DNA of 64,000 nucleotides from NCBI RefSeq assembly GCF_053078305.1, contig NZ_CP166879.1; one strand, 5' to 3'. Shown piece by piece: positions 31,652 to 42,206 of this stretch (position 1 is its first letter; each line of letters starts with the position of its first letter). The notes under the pieces were generated by a model. It saw only the letters and a program-made list of their open reading frames with translations, ran no database searches and was not told where the DNA came from. The position numbers and the translations under genes were made by a program.

Positions 31652-32206
31652 TTACTCTTCAGAATTTTCTTCCAGCTCGTCCCACATTGCACTAATGGCA
31701 TCGCGGGTTAGCGGTGCCATGGTGCGCCAGAAAGGCGTGGTTGCATGGGCCTCCACTTTGCCAAGGAACGCACCACACCAGGGTAACAGATACTCACTGA
31801 ACAATGTTTCCAGTGCTTCGCTCTCATCTTCCGTTGACTGATCTTCCAGCCAGGAAGCCGCGAGCAGCAATGTGCCGATGTGATCGGCTGGCGTATCCGC
31901 CAGTGGCATCCCTCGTTCAGAAAGAAAAGCGCGCACTTCCGCTTCCGTTGCGTCCTCAACCCATGCGCTACGATATGGCGGCACGGCACATTCATCGCCG
32001 ATAAACAACGCATTGTAATCGGCAGAGACTTGCGTCATATCACAGCTTTTCTGCAAACGTGTCAGCAACTCATCCTGCTCCAGTGGCCAGTTCGCAGCCA
32101 GTTTCCCCTCACGAATCAGGGTAAACAGCGGCACCAGTAAAGGATCTTGTGGTTGGCGGTAATAGAGCGAACCCAGCACACGACAGAGGATAGAAAACTC
32201 GTTCAT
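31652..32206 (-). CDS. ycdY: TorD-family chaperone YcdY
   Basis: 184-aa ORF; position upstream of ycdX. Confidence 0.85.
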   Translation of the reverse strand: MNEFSILCRVLGSLYYRQPQDPLLVPLFTLIREGKLAANWPLEQDELLTRLQKSCDMTQVSADYNALFIGDECAVPPYRSAWVEDATEAEVRAFLSERGMPLADTPADHIGTLLLAASWLEDQSTEDESEALETLFSEYLLPWCGAFLGKVEAHATTPFWRTMAPLTRDAISAMWDELEENSEE

Positions 32207-32229
32207 TAATATATTTCCATTACTAGTAA

Positions 32230-32967
32230 TTAAAGGTCTGCAAATTCCGCAATCGGTGCCATACCGCGAGATTCAAGGAAGTTCAGTAAGCGGCGCGGAG
32301 AAACATTCAAAATGCGCTCTGGCGGAAAATCTACCGCGTCGAGGATTTTAAGACACTCTTCAAATTCCCCCATGGTAAACGCGGTGTGAGAATCCGAGCC
32401 TAATGCCACCCAACCTCCAGCATCACGTACCGCTGCGGCTACCGCACGACAGTTGTCTTCACTGCCCTTACGTGAGTGTAAAAATGAGGAATTATTGATT
32501 TCCAGCGCCACCTGATGTTTCGCGGCTGCTTCAGCAACGGCTTTAACATCTATTTCATATTTCGGATTTCCGGGATGGCTTATTATATGCACATTGCCGC
32601 TGGCGATAGTGGCGATCATCGCTTGTGTATTGGTCGCTTTATCATGTGGCGCAAAAACCGGCTCATGAAAACCGGCAATAATCAGATCCAGCGAATCAAA
32701 CATTTTGCCGCTGCAATCAATTTCACCATCAACATTTTTAATGTTAGCTTCGATGCCGCGCAGGATCCCTACCCCATCAACCACTCGCGGCCAGATACGC
32801 ATGTTAATGAAGTGCCAGTGATGCGGCGCATCTTCCATATCCGGGCCATGATCGGTGATCGCAAAAAGTTTAATGCCCTTTTGTTTGGCCTGGGCAATGT
32901 AATCACTCAATGTGCTATATGCATGTGTGCTGGCAACGGTATGCATATGAAGGTCGACGGGATACAT
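32230..32967 (-). CDS. ycdX: PHP-family zinc phosphatase YcdX
   Basis: 245-aa ORF with PHP-domain His motifs ([18 protein letters not shown]...). Confidence 0.88.
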
Positions 32968-33021
32968 AACTCTCTCCTGTATTCAATTCCCGCCAAGGAT
33001 AGCAGGAATCCTGATGCTTTA

Positions 33022-33999
<978 letters not shown>

Positions 34000-34130
34000 T
34001 TATCGTTATGATCTACAAAGGCCACCAGCATAACAAATCCGTGGTCGGTGGCAAAAAAAGCAGATTTCGCTTATTAAAACCACACATTGATTGAAGTTTG
34101 AATAAACGCGCGATTTTTTAAAAAAGTTTG

Positions 34131-34159
34131 TTGACCTCAGGTCATGATTTCCCTAAATT
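34131..34159 (+). promoter_or_regulatory. Putative sigma-70 promoter of serX
   Basis: -35 TTGACC, 17-bp spacer, -10 TAAATT, then a GC-rich discriminator (GCGCCC) typical of tRNA promoters; AT-rich UP-like sequence upstream. Confidence 0.5.
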
Positions 34160-34193
34160 AGCGCCCGTTCCAGCAAGACAGGAACGACAATTT

Positions 34194-34281
34194 GGTGAGG
34201 TGTCCGAGTGGCTGAAGGAGCACGCCTGGAAAGTGTGTATACGGCAACGTATCGGGGGTTCGAATCCCCCCCTCACCGCCA
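34194..34281 (+). tRNA. serX: tRNA-Ser (anticodon GGA)
   Basis: 88-nt cloverleaf GGTGAGGTGTCCGAGTGG...CCTGGAAAG...GGTTCGAATCCCCCCCTCACCGCCA with long variable arm and encoded CCA. Confidence 0.95.
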
Positions 34282-34292
34282 TATTTAAAGAA

Positions 34293-34322
34293 GAGCTCGT
34301 ACGAAAGTACGGGCTTTTTTTT
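34293..34322 (+). terminator. Rho-independent terminator of serX
   Basis: AGCTCGTAC-GAAA-GTACGGGCT hairpin followed by TTTTTTT. Confidence 0.7.
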
Positions 34323-34463
34323 CGTATATTGCACACACCGGGTGCCCCCGCCCACGTCTGTTAGGGCGAGGGGAAATCGTGAACATCAACTGTCTGGTTG
34401 CTCAGTCAACAATCAAAATGCGCAAGAGAGTACAGAACATATATGCGTTATCTGGTCACTTCC

Positions 34464-35450
34464 TCACTTATTAAAATGCCCCCAACGGAAATACATGTCA
34501 CATGCCATCATAAAATCGTTATGCCAGAGGAATCGACAATAGAAAAAATAGTAAATTAAGCACGGTACATAGCAGAGTAAAAAATAGGCTTCAAACCAAA
34601 TCCGCCATTCCACAAGCGTTGCCAATACCGACACCAGCGTAATCCACATCACTTCAATAACCAGCAATATGAATAACCGAAGCCAAAGCGGCTTGGCAAA
34701 AAAGGTCGACAACGCATTTTCACTGGAGAAAAACAGATCGATTTCCTGCAAAAAAAGCCTGCCCAGAAAAGCGTACCGCCTGGAGAAGCGCAGAAAAAAC
34801 AGATTAATCGCCAACACTACGCCACAAAGAATGAGCAATGCAATTATCGATTTAAACGTTAACCACTGCCCCTCTATCACAAAAGAATCACTGTTACGCA
34901 ACGGGCTGATAGTAAGCAAGTTAACAACCGTTGAGATGCACACCGAAAGCAGCACATAGCGAGTCAGACTTTTATATTTTACTTTTTTCGCTACTGAAAT
35001 AGCGACCTGCTTGACATAACTGGTGCGGATCATCCGAAACAGCAGAAAGATGACCAACGGCCCAAGTAACGAAATCAGGAACAGCGCATATAACGAGGGT
35101 AGAAGCTGGTATAGCCCCCAACTCATTGCACTCAACATGATTAACGACAGAAATCCTGCCACCAGAGGTTGTGTAAGAAATAATTCTATTTTGTGGTTCT
35201 GCTTTTTCTTAAACCACGAAAAATCGATATTCTTCGTGACGCATTTATAAGCCCAGTACGCCTTGAGATCAAAAATAAAATTATACAGCACCAAGGCCAG
35301 AATCCCACTAACGACACCAATATCCTCTGATGGAAAAGTAAATCCTGCATTTTTCCAATAAAAGCCTATCAGAATAAGTCCAATAGCATAAATGTATATC
35401 AGACTTCGTTTATCCTGAAAGCGAATAAAAGTTAAATAATCAGGAATCAT
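34464..35450 (-). CDS. ycdU: Polytopic inner-membrane protein YcdU; last gene of the accessory operon
   Basis: 328-aa multi-TM ORF; its ATG overlaps the stop of the upstream acyltransferase gene (ATGA, 35447..35450). Confidence 0.8.
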   Translation of the reverse strand: MIPDYLTFIRFQDKRSLIYIYAIGLILIGFYWKNAGFTFPSEDIGVVSGILALVLYNFIFDLKAYWAYKCVTKNIDFSWFKKKQNHKIELFLTQPLVAGFLSLIMLSAMSWGLYQLLPSLYALFLISLLGPLVIFLLFRMIRTSYVKQVAISVAKKVKYKSLTRYVLLSVCISTVVNLLTISPLRNSDSFVIEGQWLTFKSIIALLILCGVVLAINLFFLRFSRRYAFLGRLFLQEIDLFFSSENALSTFFAKPLWLRLFILLVIEVMWITLVSVLATLVEWRIWFEAYFLLCYVPCLIYYFFYCRFLWHNDFMMACDMYFRWGHFNK

Positions 35451-36391
35451 TTGAATACCTTCGCATCACTAAATGCTTTACGACAATGCATAACTCGTTG
35501 CTGATCCACGCCAGCGAAATCATTTAACATATTCCCCAAATAGGGCTTATTACTTATTTCAAGGAAAGCTACCGAGGTTGGCATATTCAGAAATGTATCG
35601 AGAGATTCAGTCCATTTCACCGTATGAGTTAAGTGTAATGAGAGATTTTCTTTGATAATTGACGGAGCGACCTCGCTTTTTGCTGTTACGTTCATCAGAA
35701 CCTGATGCTCTGGCGAAGCGATATCCAGTCCGGCAAGATAATCGCGCATTGCCTGAACGCCGTCTTCCATCAAACGCGTGTGCCAGGCACCGCTCACACC
35801 GAGTTTAACCGGTTCGTATCCAGCGGCCATCAGCAGCGTGGCAAATTCATTCAACGCAGCCTGCGTTCCCCCAATAACCTGCTGGCGCGGCGTGTTATCA
35901 CAGCTAATATCCAGCGCAATGCCTGATTCCGTAATCATCGTCTGCAGTTGTTCGCGGTTGATGCCTTTAACCGCCAGCATTGCGCCTTTATTTCTCTGGC
36001 TTTCGTCATGCATCAGGCTGGCTCTGAAGTGAATCATGCCAAATAGCGTCTCAAGAGAAATAGCTCCGGCAGCGTAGAGCGCACTGTATTCACCAACGCT
36101 GTGTCCGCAGGACCCCACAACCGTTAAATTCTCAAGACGTTCACGGCACAGGGTATAGAGCGTTACATTAATTGCGGTCACCGCCAGTTGTTGTACCGTC
36201 GTTTGAATAAGGCGATTCATCGGCCCTTTCTGACACAGGCGACGCAGGTTCAGTCCGGAAATATCGCTGGCACAATCCCAGATATGTTTTGTACTGGCGT
36301 TGAGATCCCAAAGATCGCTGCCCATGCCAATAACCGGATTACCCTGACCGGCAAAAAGCAGTACTGTCGGTTGTGAAGCATTATTCATCAT
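35447..36391 (-). CDS. FabD-like malonyl-CoA:ACP transacylase
   Basis: 314-aa ORF with acyltransferase active-site motif GHSVGE (..[21 protein letters not shown]..). Probably the intact counterpart of the K-12 ymdE remnant (recollection). Confidence 0.8.
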   Translation of the reverse strand: MMNNASQPTVLLFAGQGNPVIGMGSDLWDLNASTKHIWDCASDISGLNLRRLCQKGPMNRLIQTTVQQLAVTAINVTLYTLCRERLENLTVVGSCGHSVGEYSALYAAGAISLETLFGMIHFRASLMHDESQRNKGAMLAVKGINREQLQTMITESGIALDISCDNTPRQQVIGGTQAALNEFATLLMAAGYEPVKLGVSGAWHTRLMEDGVQAMRDYLAGLDIASPEHQVLMNVTAKSEVAPSIIKENLSLHLTHTVKWTESLDTFLNMPTSVAFLEISNKPYLGNMLNDFAGVDQQRVMHCRKAFSDAKVFK

Positions 36392-36401
36392 CTCTTTATC
36401 C

Positions 36402-37790
36402 TTATAGATAGTATTTAAAGCCCAAATAAAGGCCTAACGTGTCGCCAAAAAGCGAAAATTCAGAATACCGACTTCCCAGCGCGCTATAGCCACCGGCATA
36501 GGCTTCAAGCTGGTTACTGATAGCGCTGAGCGGCGTGGAATAATGCAGGCCCAGCAACGTGCTGCCATCAATGAGATTGACCACCAGCGAAGGCTGCAGC
36601 GTCGACTCTCCCGCCAGCGGCAGACTGGCCCAGGCGTTCAGATAGTGCTTACCCTGCAGCATCCCCTGATTGGCGGTATTGCTGATTTCTGAAGCCATCA
36701 GGTATTTGTAAGAATCAAATGCCTGATCCAGTGGCGCATAGCCGGTTGTGGTATTGAGGAAGTCAATTAACTCGCGCTGCTGACGCTGTTCAGCGCGCGA
36801 ATAACCCTCGCTCTGAAAGTAATACTCAACGCCAAACACGCTGAAATTATCACTGGTGTACTGCCCACCCAGCGCCAGCTCCACGCCGCTTTCATCTTTC
36901 GTTTCATAGAGCGAATCCGGAAACTGATATTCCTCGACCTGCGCCGTCTCATGGTGGGAAAGATGCCGCCATTGTTGGGAGCGGTGGTAGGCTGCGTCGA
37001 CATTCAGCGTCAGCTGCGGGGTGTAGTGATAACTGTCAGACAGCGCGAGTGACGGCGATGGTCCGAGCCGCACATTGACTGTCGGTGTGTGCTCACCAAA
37101 GCGATGATCGCTGTAGCTCAGCAGATAGGCTTCGTCGCTGTTTCCCTGCTGATTAGCAGACCAGTTGCCAGACGTCACATAGCGTTTGTCGATGGTGGCT
37201 AACTTCGGTATGACGCTCGCCGAAAACGCATAATCGCGTGTATCCAAGTTCATTTTTGCGCCCCACGATGACGCCTGATACGCCGATGTCATTTTGGGAT
37301 CGTGCAAACGTGTCGACTGGAATCCGGTGTAATAATGCGTTTGCAAATCAGAAGGTGAACGCAAAAAGAACATTCCTGACGGCGCGGCAAATTTGCCTGC
37401 TTCAAATTGAACGCTGTCCGAGGCGCTATAGACCAGACTGAGGCGGTTAATTAACGCACGTGTGCGGCTATCATCCGTTTCGAATTTCCCTGCGGGTTTA
37501 AGCGCATATTCGTTTATTCCATACAGATTGAGCTTAAGTTCCAGCGTATTGTCGATTATCGAACAACCGCTGTTGATGCCAATCCCCGCCTCCTGATAAC
37601 CGTTGTGACGTGTGTAGGGATTTTTGCCTGCAATCTGCCAGGCCGAAGCCTGTTTATTGACATAAGACACTTGCTCGTAAAGCGTCACATCGCTGTTTTG
37701 TGCCACCTCGTCACCTGACAGGCAATCCGCCTGTAGCGTCAACGGCAGCGCAACACACAGCAACGAAGAGATCTTCAGCCTGCGTTTCAT
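36402..37790 (-). CDS. Secreted protein of unknown function (possible outer-membrane protein)
   Basis: 462-aa ORF with N-terminal signal peptide (MKRRLKISSLLCVALPLTLQA), aromatic/Gly-rich; start overlaps upstream stop (ATGA). Confidence 0.6.
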   Translation of the reverse strand: MKRRLKISSLLCVALPLTLQADCLSGDEVAQNSDVTLYEQVSYVNKQASAWQIAGKNPYTRHNGYQEAGIGINSGCSIIDNTLELKLNLYGINEYALKPAGKFETDDSRTRALINRLSLVYSASDSVQFEAGKFAAPSGMFFLRSPSDLQTHYYTGFQSTRLHDPKMTSAYQASSWGAKMNLDTRDYAFSASVIPKLATIDKRYVTSGNWSANQQGNSDEAYLLSYSDHRFGEHTPTVNVRLGPSPSLALSDSYHYTPQLTLNVDAAYHRSQQWRHLSHHETAQVEEYQFPDSLYETKDESGVELALGGQYTSDNFSVFGVEYYFQSEGYSRAEQRQQRELIDFLNTTTGYAPLDQAFDSYKYLMASEISNTANQGMLQGKHYLNAWASLPLAGESTLQPSLVVNLIDGSTLLGLHYSTPLSAISNQLEAYAGGYSALGSRYSEFSLFGDTLGLYLGFKYYL

Positions 37791-38575
37791 TTCGCACCTC
37801 GCTGAATATACTCTTTGGTGAAATGAAACTCCGGCAGCGATTCCAGACGAACATCGCTGTACTCCATCACTGAATAGTTATTGCCGTGACGAACATCGGT
37901 AACGGTTATTTTCATGGGTCGCGTTTTCCCCAGCACCGGCTGGAAATCCTGATACAACACTTCTTTTATTAACTGGTCATCCTGCGAGTAATAGGCTGCC
38001 TTCCACGGGCGATTATCACCGTCTTTTTCAACGTAATAGATGACCTTCGGCCAGGTGATATCCGCCGATTTACGCACCAGCGCCAGCTTGTAACACTGCT
38101 TTTCAGCACACGTGACTTCCCCCACCAGGGTCGAGTCATAGGCATATTCAAAGTTAGTGACAATGACATCGCCGTTAGAGATTTGCCCAATTAATCTTTG
38201 TTGCCGTGAAATAGGCATAGGACGTCGCAGTTCCGGCGTGTAAAACCATAAATCGTACCAGTCGGAAAGCATGATTTTTCCTTTATCTCGCGGCGGATAA
38301 ATAAAACGCACCAGCGAGCGTGCATCCGCTTTTTCATTACCCTGCGGTTTCATAAAGCGCATGGAAATATCGAGGACCTGTTTATTCTCTGGCTGGGTTA
38401 CGCCCGCTTTATATTCCGTTACCGTCAGCGTGTAACGAAACGGTTTATTCGGCGAACGAATTTCGTCAGCGCGACGAATTATCTCCAGCGCCTTATTATC
38501 TGTGCTCGCCGCCTGAACGCACGACGTAGCGAGCCACAGGCAAGCAAACCACTTGCCGTAAAAAGCCATATTCAT
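37787..38575 (-). CDS. Periplasmic LolA-like lipid-carrier family protein (putative)
   Basis: 262-aa ORF with signal peptide; position after the ABC permease and overall pattern suggest a LolA-like carrier. Family assignment is inference. Confidence 0.5.
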   Translation of the reverse strand: MNMAFYGKWFACLWLATSCVQAASTDNKALEIIRRADEIRSPNKPFRYTLTVTEYKAGVTQPENKQVLDISMRFMKPQGNEKADARSLVRFIYPPRDKGKIMLSDWYDLWFYTPELRRPMPISRQQRLIGQISNGDVIVTNFEYAYDSTLVGEVTCAEKQCYKLALVRKSADITWPKVIYYVEKDGDNRPWKAAYYSQDDQLIKEVLYQDFQPVLGKTRPMKITVTDVRHGNNYSVMEYSDVRLESLPEFHFTKEYIQRGAK

Positions 38576-38583
38576 AATTAGCC

Positions 38584-39894
38584 CTATGAGAATTTAAATG
38601 CGTCAGAAATATTCAACCGGGAAGCACGTAAAGCCGGTAACACAGAGGCGCCTGTTGCTGTCAAAATGGGTAATACCACCGTCACCCAAATCAATTCCGG
38701 GTTACTGGTTTTTATAAAGGCGGTATAGCCGATGGTTTGTCCCGGCGATGGCGGCATCGCAATACCATAAAGATTAATAATCCAGGCTAACACGCCCCCC
38801 ACCAGCAGGCTGCCGACTGCGCCAATCACACCAATAAAAATGCCTTCTGTCAGAAACAAGCGCGTGACGTGAAGCGGCTTCAGGCCTATGGCACGCAGAG
38901 TGGTAATTTCACGGGTGCGCTCAACAATGTTCATTGCCATCGAGTTGCCGATCATGAAGATGACAATCAGCGCAACAATCAGCTTGATGAAGAAATAGAT
39001 CCCCGATAGCAACCCTTCAACCTGTTGATAAAAGAGTGAAACATCACGCCAGTCTTTGACCACCAGCGGCAAATGATTGCGTTCGATAAATTGACGCAGC
39101 TTTGCGCTAAACGCCGCGGTGTCATCTTCTTTAAGCAGAATAAGCACTTTGCTGACGCCATCCGTACCCATCATGCGCTGCGCGGTGTCCAGCGGGATCT
39201 TCATCGCGACATCGTCATAATCTTTAATGCCTGACTCAAAAATGCCACGCAGTTTTAGCGACAATGCGCCCTGCCCGCCCGCCGTGTTGACCACCATCAC
39301 ATCCAGCCAGTCGTCGTATTTCGCATTCAACGTTTTCGCCAGGCCGCTGCCCAGGGTGATTTCATCACCTTTTACCCGGGAAAGGTCGCTCCCCGCGATA
39401 ATCTTATCGAACGATCCCAGCTTTAAAGCGGGCAATGGCTCGACACCCAGCGCAGAGAAATAGCTGGAGGTTTCGCTCTCGTAATGTGAAATTACGCCAG
39501 TAAACTCCAGTTGCCCGGAGAGCGTGGAAATATCCGTCGCCAGCGTCGGGTCCGACAAAATAGCTTTCTTTAACGCCGCATAATCGGCAATCAGGCTCTT
39601 ATTTTTATTCGACGTTTCAAAATAGTGCTGATTGTAAATCTGCACATGACCAATATTGGTACGAATCGTCTGCTCTTTCAGGATCCAGAAAGAGTAATCA
39701 ATAAATCCGCCATATAAAAAGATCGCCACACCACCCAATACAATAGCGGTTATGGTAGAAAAAGAGCGACGCTTGTGGCGAAAGAGATTCAAAAATGCAA
39801 ATTTGACATCTCGTGAATAAAACAGAACCTGATAAAACACAAAAAACAGGATCAGCAGCAGAACGCTATTAACAGCTAAAATTTCCCCGGACAT
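38584..39894 (-). CDS. FtsX/LolC/LolE-family ABC transporter permease
   Basis: 436 aa; N-terminal TM helix, large periplasmic domain, then three C-terminal TM helices; no fused ATPase. Confidence 0.75.
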   Translation of the reverse strand: MSGEILAVNSVLLLILFFVFYQVLFYSRDVKFAFLNLFRHKRRSFSTITAIVLGGVAIFLYGGFIDYSFWILKEQTIRTNIGHVQIYNQHYFETSNKNKSLIADYAALKKAILSDPTLATDISTLSGQLEFTGVISHYESETSSYFSALGVEPLPALKLGSFDKIIAGSDLSRVKGDEITLGSGLAKTLNAKYDDWLDVMVVNTAGGQGALSLKLRGIFESGIKDYDDVAMKIPLDTAQRMMGTDGVSKVLILLKEDDTAAFSAKLRQFIERNHLPLVVKDWRDVSLFYQQVEGLLSGIYFFIKLIVALIVIFMIGNSMAMNIVERTREITTLRAIGLKPLHVTRLFLTEGIFIGVIGAVGSLLVGGVLAWIINLYGIAMPPSPGQTIGYTAFIKTSNPELIWVTVVLPILTATGASVLPALRASRLNISDAFKFS

Positions 39895-40551
39895 TTACTC
39901 ACCTTTCATCAGCGGCAGCAGTACCTGGGTTAACTCTTCACTATCCCATTCTGGTACAACATTAAAATCCTGCGTCAGCGACTGCGCAAGCGCGGCGTTT
40001 TGCCCTTTAATTTGCGCCAACAACGCATTCGCGTGGGTGGTGTCCTTGCAGTGACGTAATGCGCGATAACGCATCGCCAGAATATGGTCGCGGATCGTTG
40101 TCGCCCATATCGCCGGGTCAGCCAGCATGTGTTCGGTGTCTTTGACTGTCACCACGCAACGCCCTGAATCTGCCGGTAAATAGGCATCTACGCGGGCGCG
40201 TAAATAGCGTACGCGTTGATTTTTCTCCTGCAAATCCACCGCTTCATCCAGCCAGAAAAAGCCGCTTTTGGCGTATTCTGAGGCATGGATAAAATCGTTT
40301 GTTGCCGCATAACCGTCCGCCTGACGCAGTAAGCCATAGGCGTAAAAAACCAGCGCCACCACATTGTGCCTGGCTTCATACTCTTTCTTTAACGCTTCGG
40401 TCAGCGTCGCCAGCGCGGCAGGCTGCGCCGGAAGCCCTTGTTGCAGAACCTGGTTAACGGCGTCGGGAGTTGCCGCGTAAATCTTCGGGGCCAAAAACGC
40501 CGCGTACAAAAAGACGCCGATAAGCAAAAATCCTTTATGCATCTGAGTCAT
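39895..40551 (-). CDS. Secreted protein of unknown function
   Basis: 218-aa ORF with signal peptide (MHKGFLLIGVFLYAAFLAPKIYAA); overlaps neighbouring genes by a few nt. Confidence 0.6.
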   Translation of the reverse strand: MTQMHKGFLLIGVFLYAAFLAPKIYAATPDAVNQVLQQGLPAQPAALATLTEALKKEYEARHNVVALVFYAYGLLRQADGYAATNDFIHASEYAKSGFFWLDEAVDLQEKNQRVRYLRARVDAYLPADSGRCVVTVKDTEHMLADPAIWATTIRDHILAMRYRALRHCKDTTHANALLAQIKGQNAALAQSLTQDFNVVPEWDSEELTQVLLPLMKGE

Positions 40552-41242
40552 GAATCAATACTCCATCCTGAATTTCAACCACTCGCCGCGCCCGCGCTTT
40601 TAATTCGCTGGAGTGCGTGGAAATAACAAATGTGGTGCCTGTCTGCTGATTAATCGTCAACAGCAGGTCCAAAATAGCCTCGCCGGTTGCCAGGTCTAAA
40701 TTTCCCGTCGGTTCATCGGCAATGACCACCATCGGTTCGTGGGCCAGTGCCCGGGCGATGGCGACACGCTGTTGTTGACCGCCCGATAATTGCCCAGGTT
40801 TGCGATCGCCAAAACCGCTTAATCCAACACTATCGAGATAATGCAGCGTCCGTTCAGTGGCTTCTTTTTTACTGAACTGACCATTAAGCACCAGTGGGAA
40901 ATAAACGTTATCGAAAACATTTAATACCGGCATAAGGTTAAAAAACTGAAAAATAAAACCCAAATGTTTTCCACGAATCACAGCCAACTGCTCTTCTGGC
41001 AGTTGGTTCAGTAATTTATTTAAAAATATCACCGTTCCGCTGGTCGGTTTATCAATACCCGAGAGAATATTCAACAGAGTACTTTTACCACTGCCTGACG
41101 GCCCACACAGTGCGAGAAATTCGCCTTTATTGATATCAAGATTAATGCTTTTAAGCGCATCAACCTTTCCTGCCCCAGCGCCATAACACTTATAAATATT
41201 GCTAAGCGAAATAGCGGGCAACGATTTAATAGTAGATTGCAT
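40535..41242 (-). CDS. ABC transporter ATP-binding protein (LolD/MacB-NBD-like)
   Basis: Walker A GPSGSGKST, ABC signature LSGGQQQRVAIARAL, Walker B VVIADEPTGNLD. Start set at internal Met (MQSTIKSLPAISL...). Confidence 0.85.
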   Translation of the reverse strand: MQSTIKSLPAISLSNIYKCYGAGAGKVDALKSINLDINKGEFLALCGPSGSGKSTLLNILSGIDKPTSGTVIFLNKLLNQLPEEQLAVIRGKHLGFIFQFFNLMPVLNVFDNVYFPLVLNGQFSKKEATERTLHYLDSVGLSGFGDRKPGQLSGGQQQRVAIARALAHEPMVVIADEPTGNLDLATGEAILDLLLTINQQTGTTFVISTHSSELKARARRVVEIQDGVLIHDSDA

Positions 41243-41252
41243 ACGACTGTCG

Positions 41253-42206
41253 TTATCCTTCAAGGTATTCAAGGTCAAAGTAGTGATAACCAAACTGTTT
41301 ATCAGCAATGACCGTACGCATTTTTCCACCGGGCTGAATATGACGGGTTAAATAATCCATACTCAACGCGGGCGTCAGACAACCGCTTTCACCGTAATGG
41401 GCCACCAGGTCGATAACGCCAGCAGCAGGCCGGGACGGCATTTGTTGCCGTTCGCTGAAGGCCATGACATCAATATCCGTAGCATGCTGTGGCGCAGTGC
41501 CGGAATGATATTCCCCGCATTGCAGCCTGATGGCGCTCTCACGCTGGCTGAGAATAAAACAACCCACGCGTTCAACAGATAAATTCACCTCATCAGCGCG
41601 ACGGGGGAATAAACGCTTAGGCGGTTTACCCACATCCTCTTCAGAGAATACCAGTACCGGAATTGCCCGATAGGCAGCGCAAATCACCACGTTATCGAAT
41701 ACATCCCAGGCGAGATAATCCTGCGCCATACGCAGCGCCTGAACGAATGCCTGTTTTTCGCCGCGAATCTTGCAAGTCGGTTCCGTTATCGAAAACTTCT
41801 TAAGTAAATTCTTGGGAAGCGTATCAATAGTGGCGATATGCAGCGCACTGGAAATTTTTTCAAACGAACCGGATTCGCCCCAGGAATCGGCATAAATAAA
41901 TGCCGTGCGCGATTTCATTAACTTCATGCGCTCTTTAGTCGGCATTTGTTGTAATGCAGAATCGGTTACCTGCTCCATCGCCTCAAGGTAAGGCATATAT
42001 TGTGGATTACGGATCCGTTCCGGCGCATAAATATCGTTCTCAACGCCAAAGCGCTTCAGCCCCCAGCCATTAGCACGGGTGCCGTATAATCCCCTTTCGT
42101 ACATATGTGCTTCCCAGGCGTTGAGCCAGGTCGGCTGATAAAAATAAAAAATGTCGTCCGGTTCCGTAAGCGCCCAGGAAGACAGGTAGATACTCTTTTC
42201 CGTCAT
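41253..42206 (-). CDS. Hypothetical protein, cluster-specific
   Basis: 317-aa ORF, no secretion signal, no motif I can assign; start overlaps upstream stop (ATGA 42203..42206). Confidence 0.55.
   Translation of the reverse strand: MTEKSIYLSSWALTEPDDIFYFYQPTWLNAWEAHMYERGLYGTRANGWGLKRFGVENDIYAPERIRNPQYMPYLEAMEQVTDSALQQMPTKERMKLMKSRTAFIYADSWGESGSFEKISSALHIATIDTLPKNLLKKFSITEPTCKIRGEKQAFVQALRMAQDYLAWDVFDNVVICAAYRAIPVLVFSEEDVGKPPKRLFPRRADEVNLSVERVGCFILSQRESAIRLQCGEYHSGTAPQHATDIDVMAFSERQQMPSRPAAGVIDLVAHYGESGCLTPALSMDYLTRHIQPGGKMRTVIADKQFGYHYFDLEYLEG

Noticed and set aside
34282-34463. Integrase, IS or phage genes expected next to a tRNA insertion site
   Set aside because: Only a terminator and ~140 bp of non-coding DNA lie between serX and ycdU; no transposase- or integrase-like ORF is present anywhere in the window.
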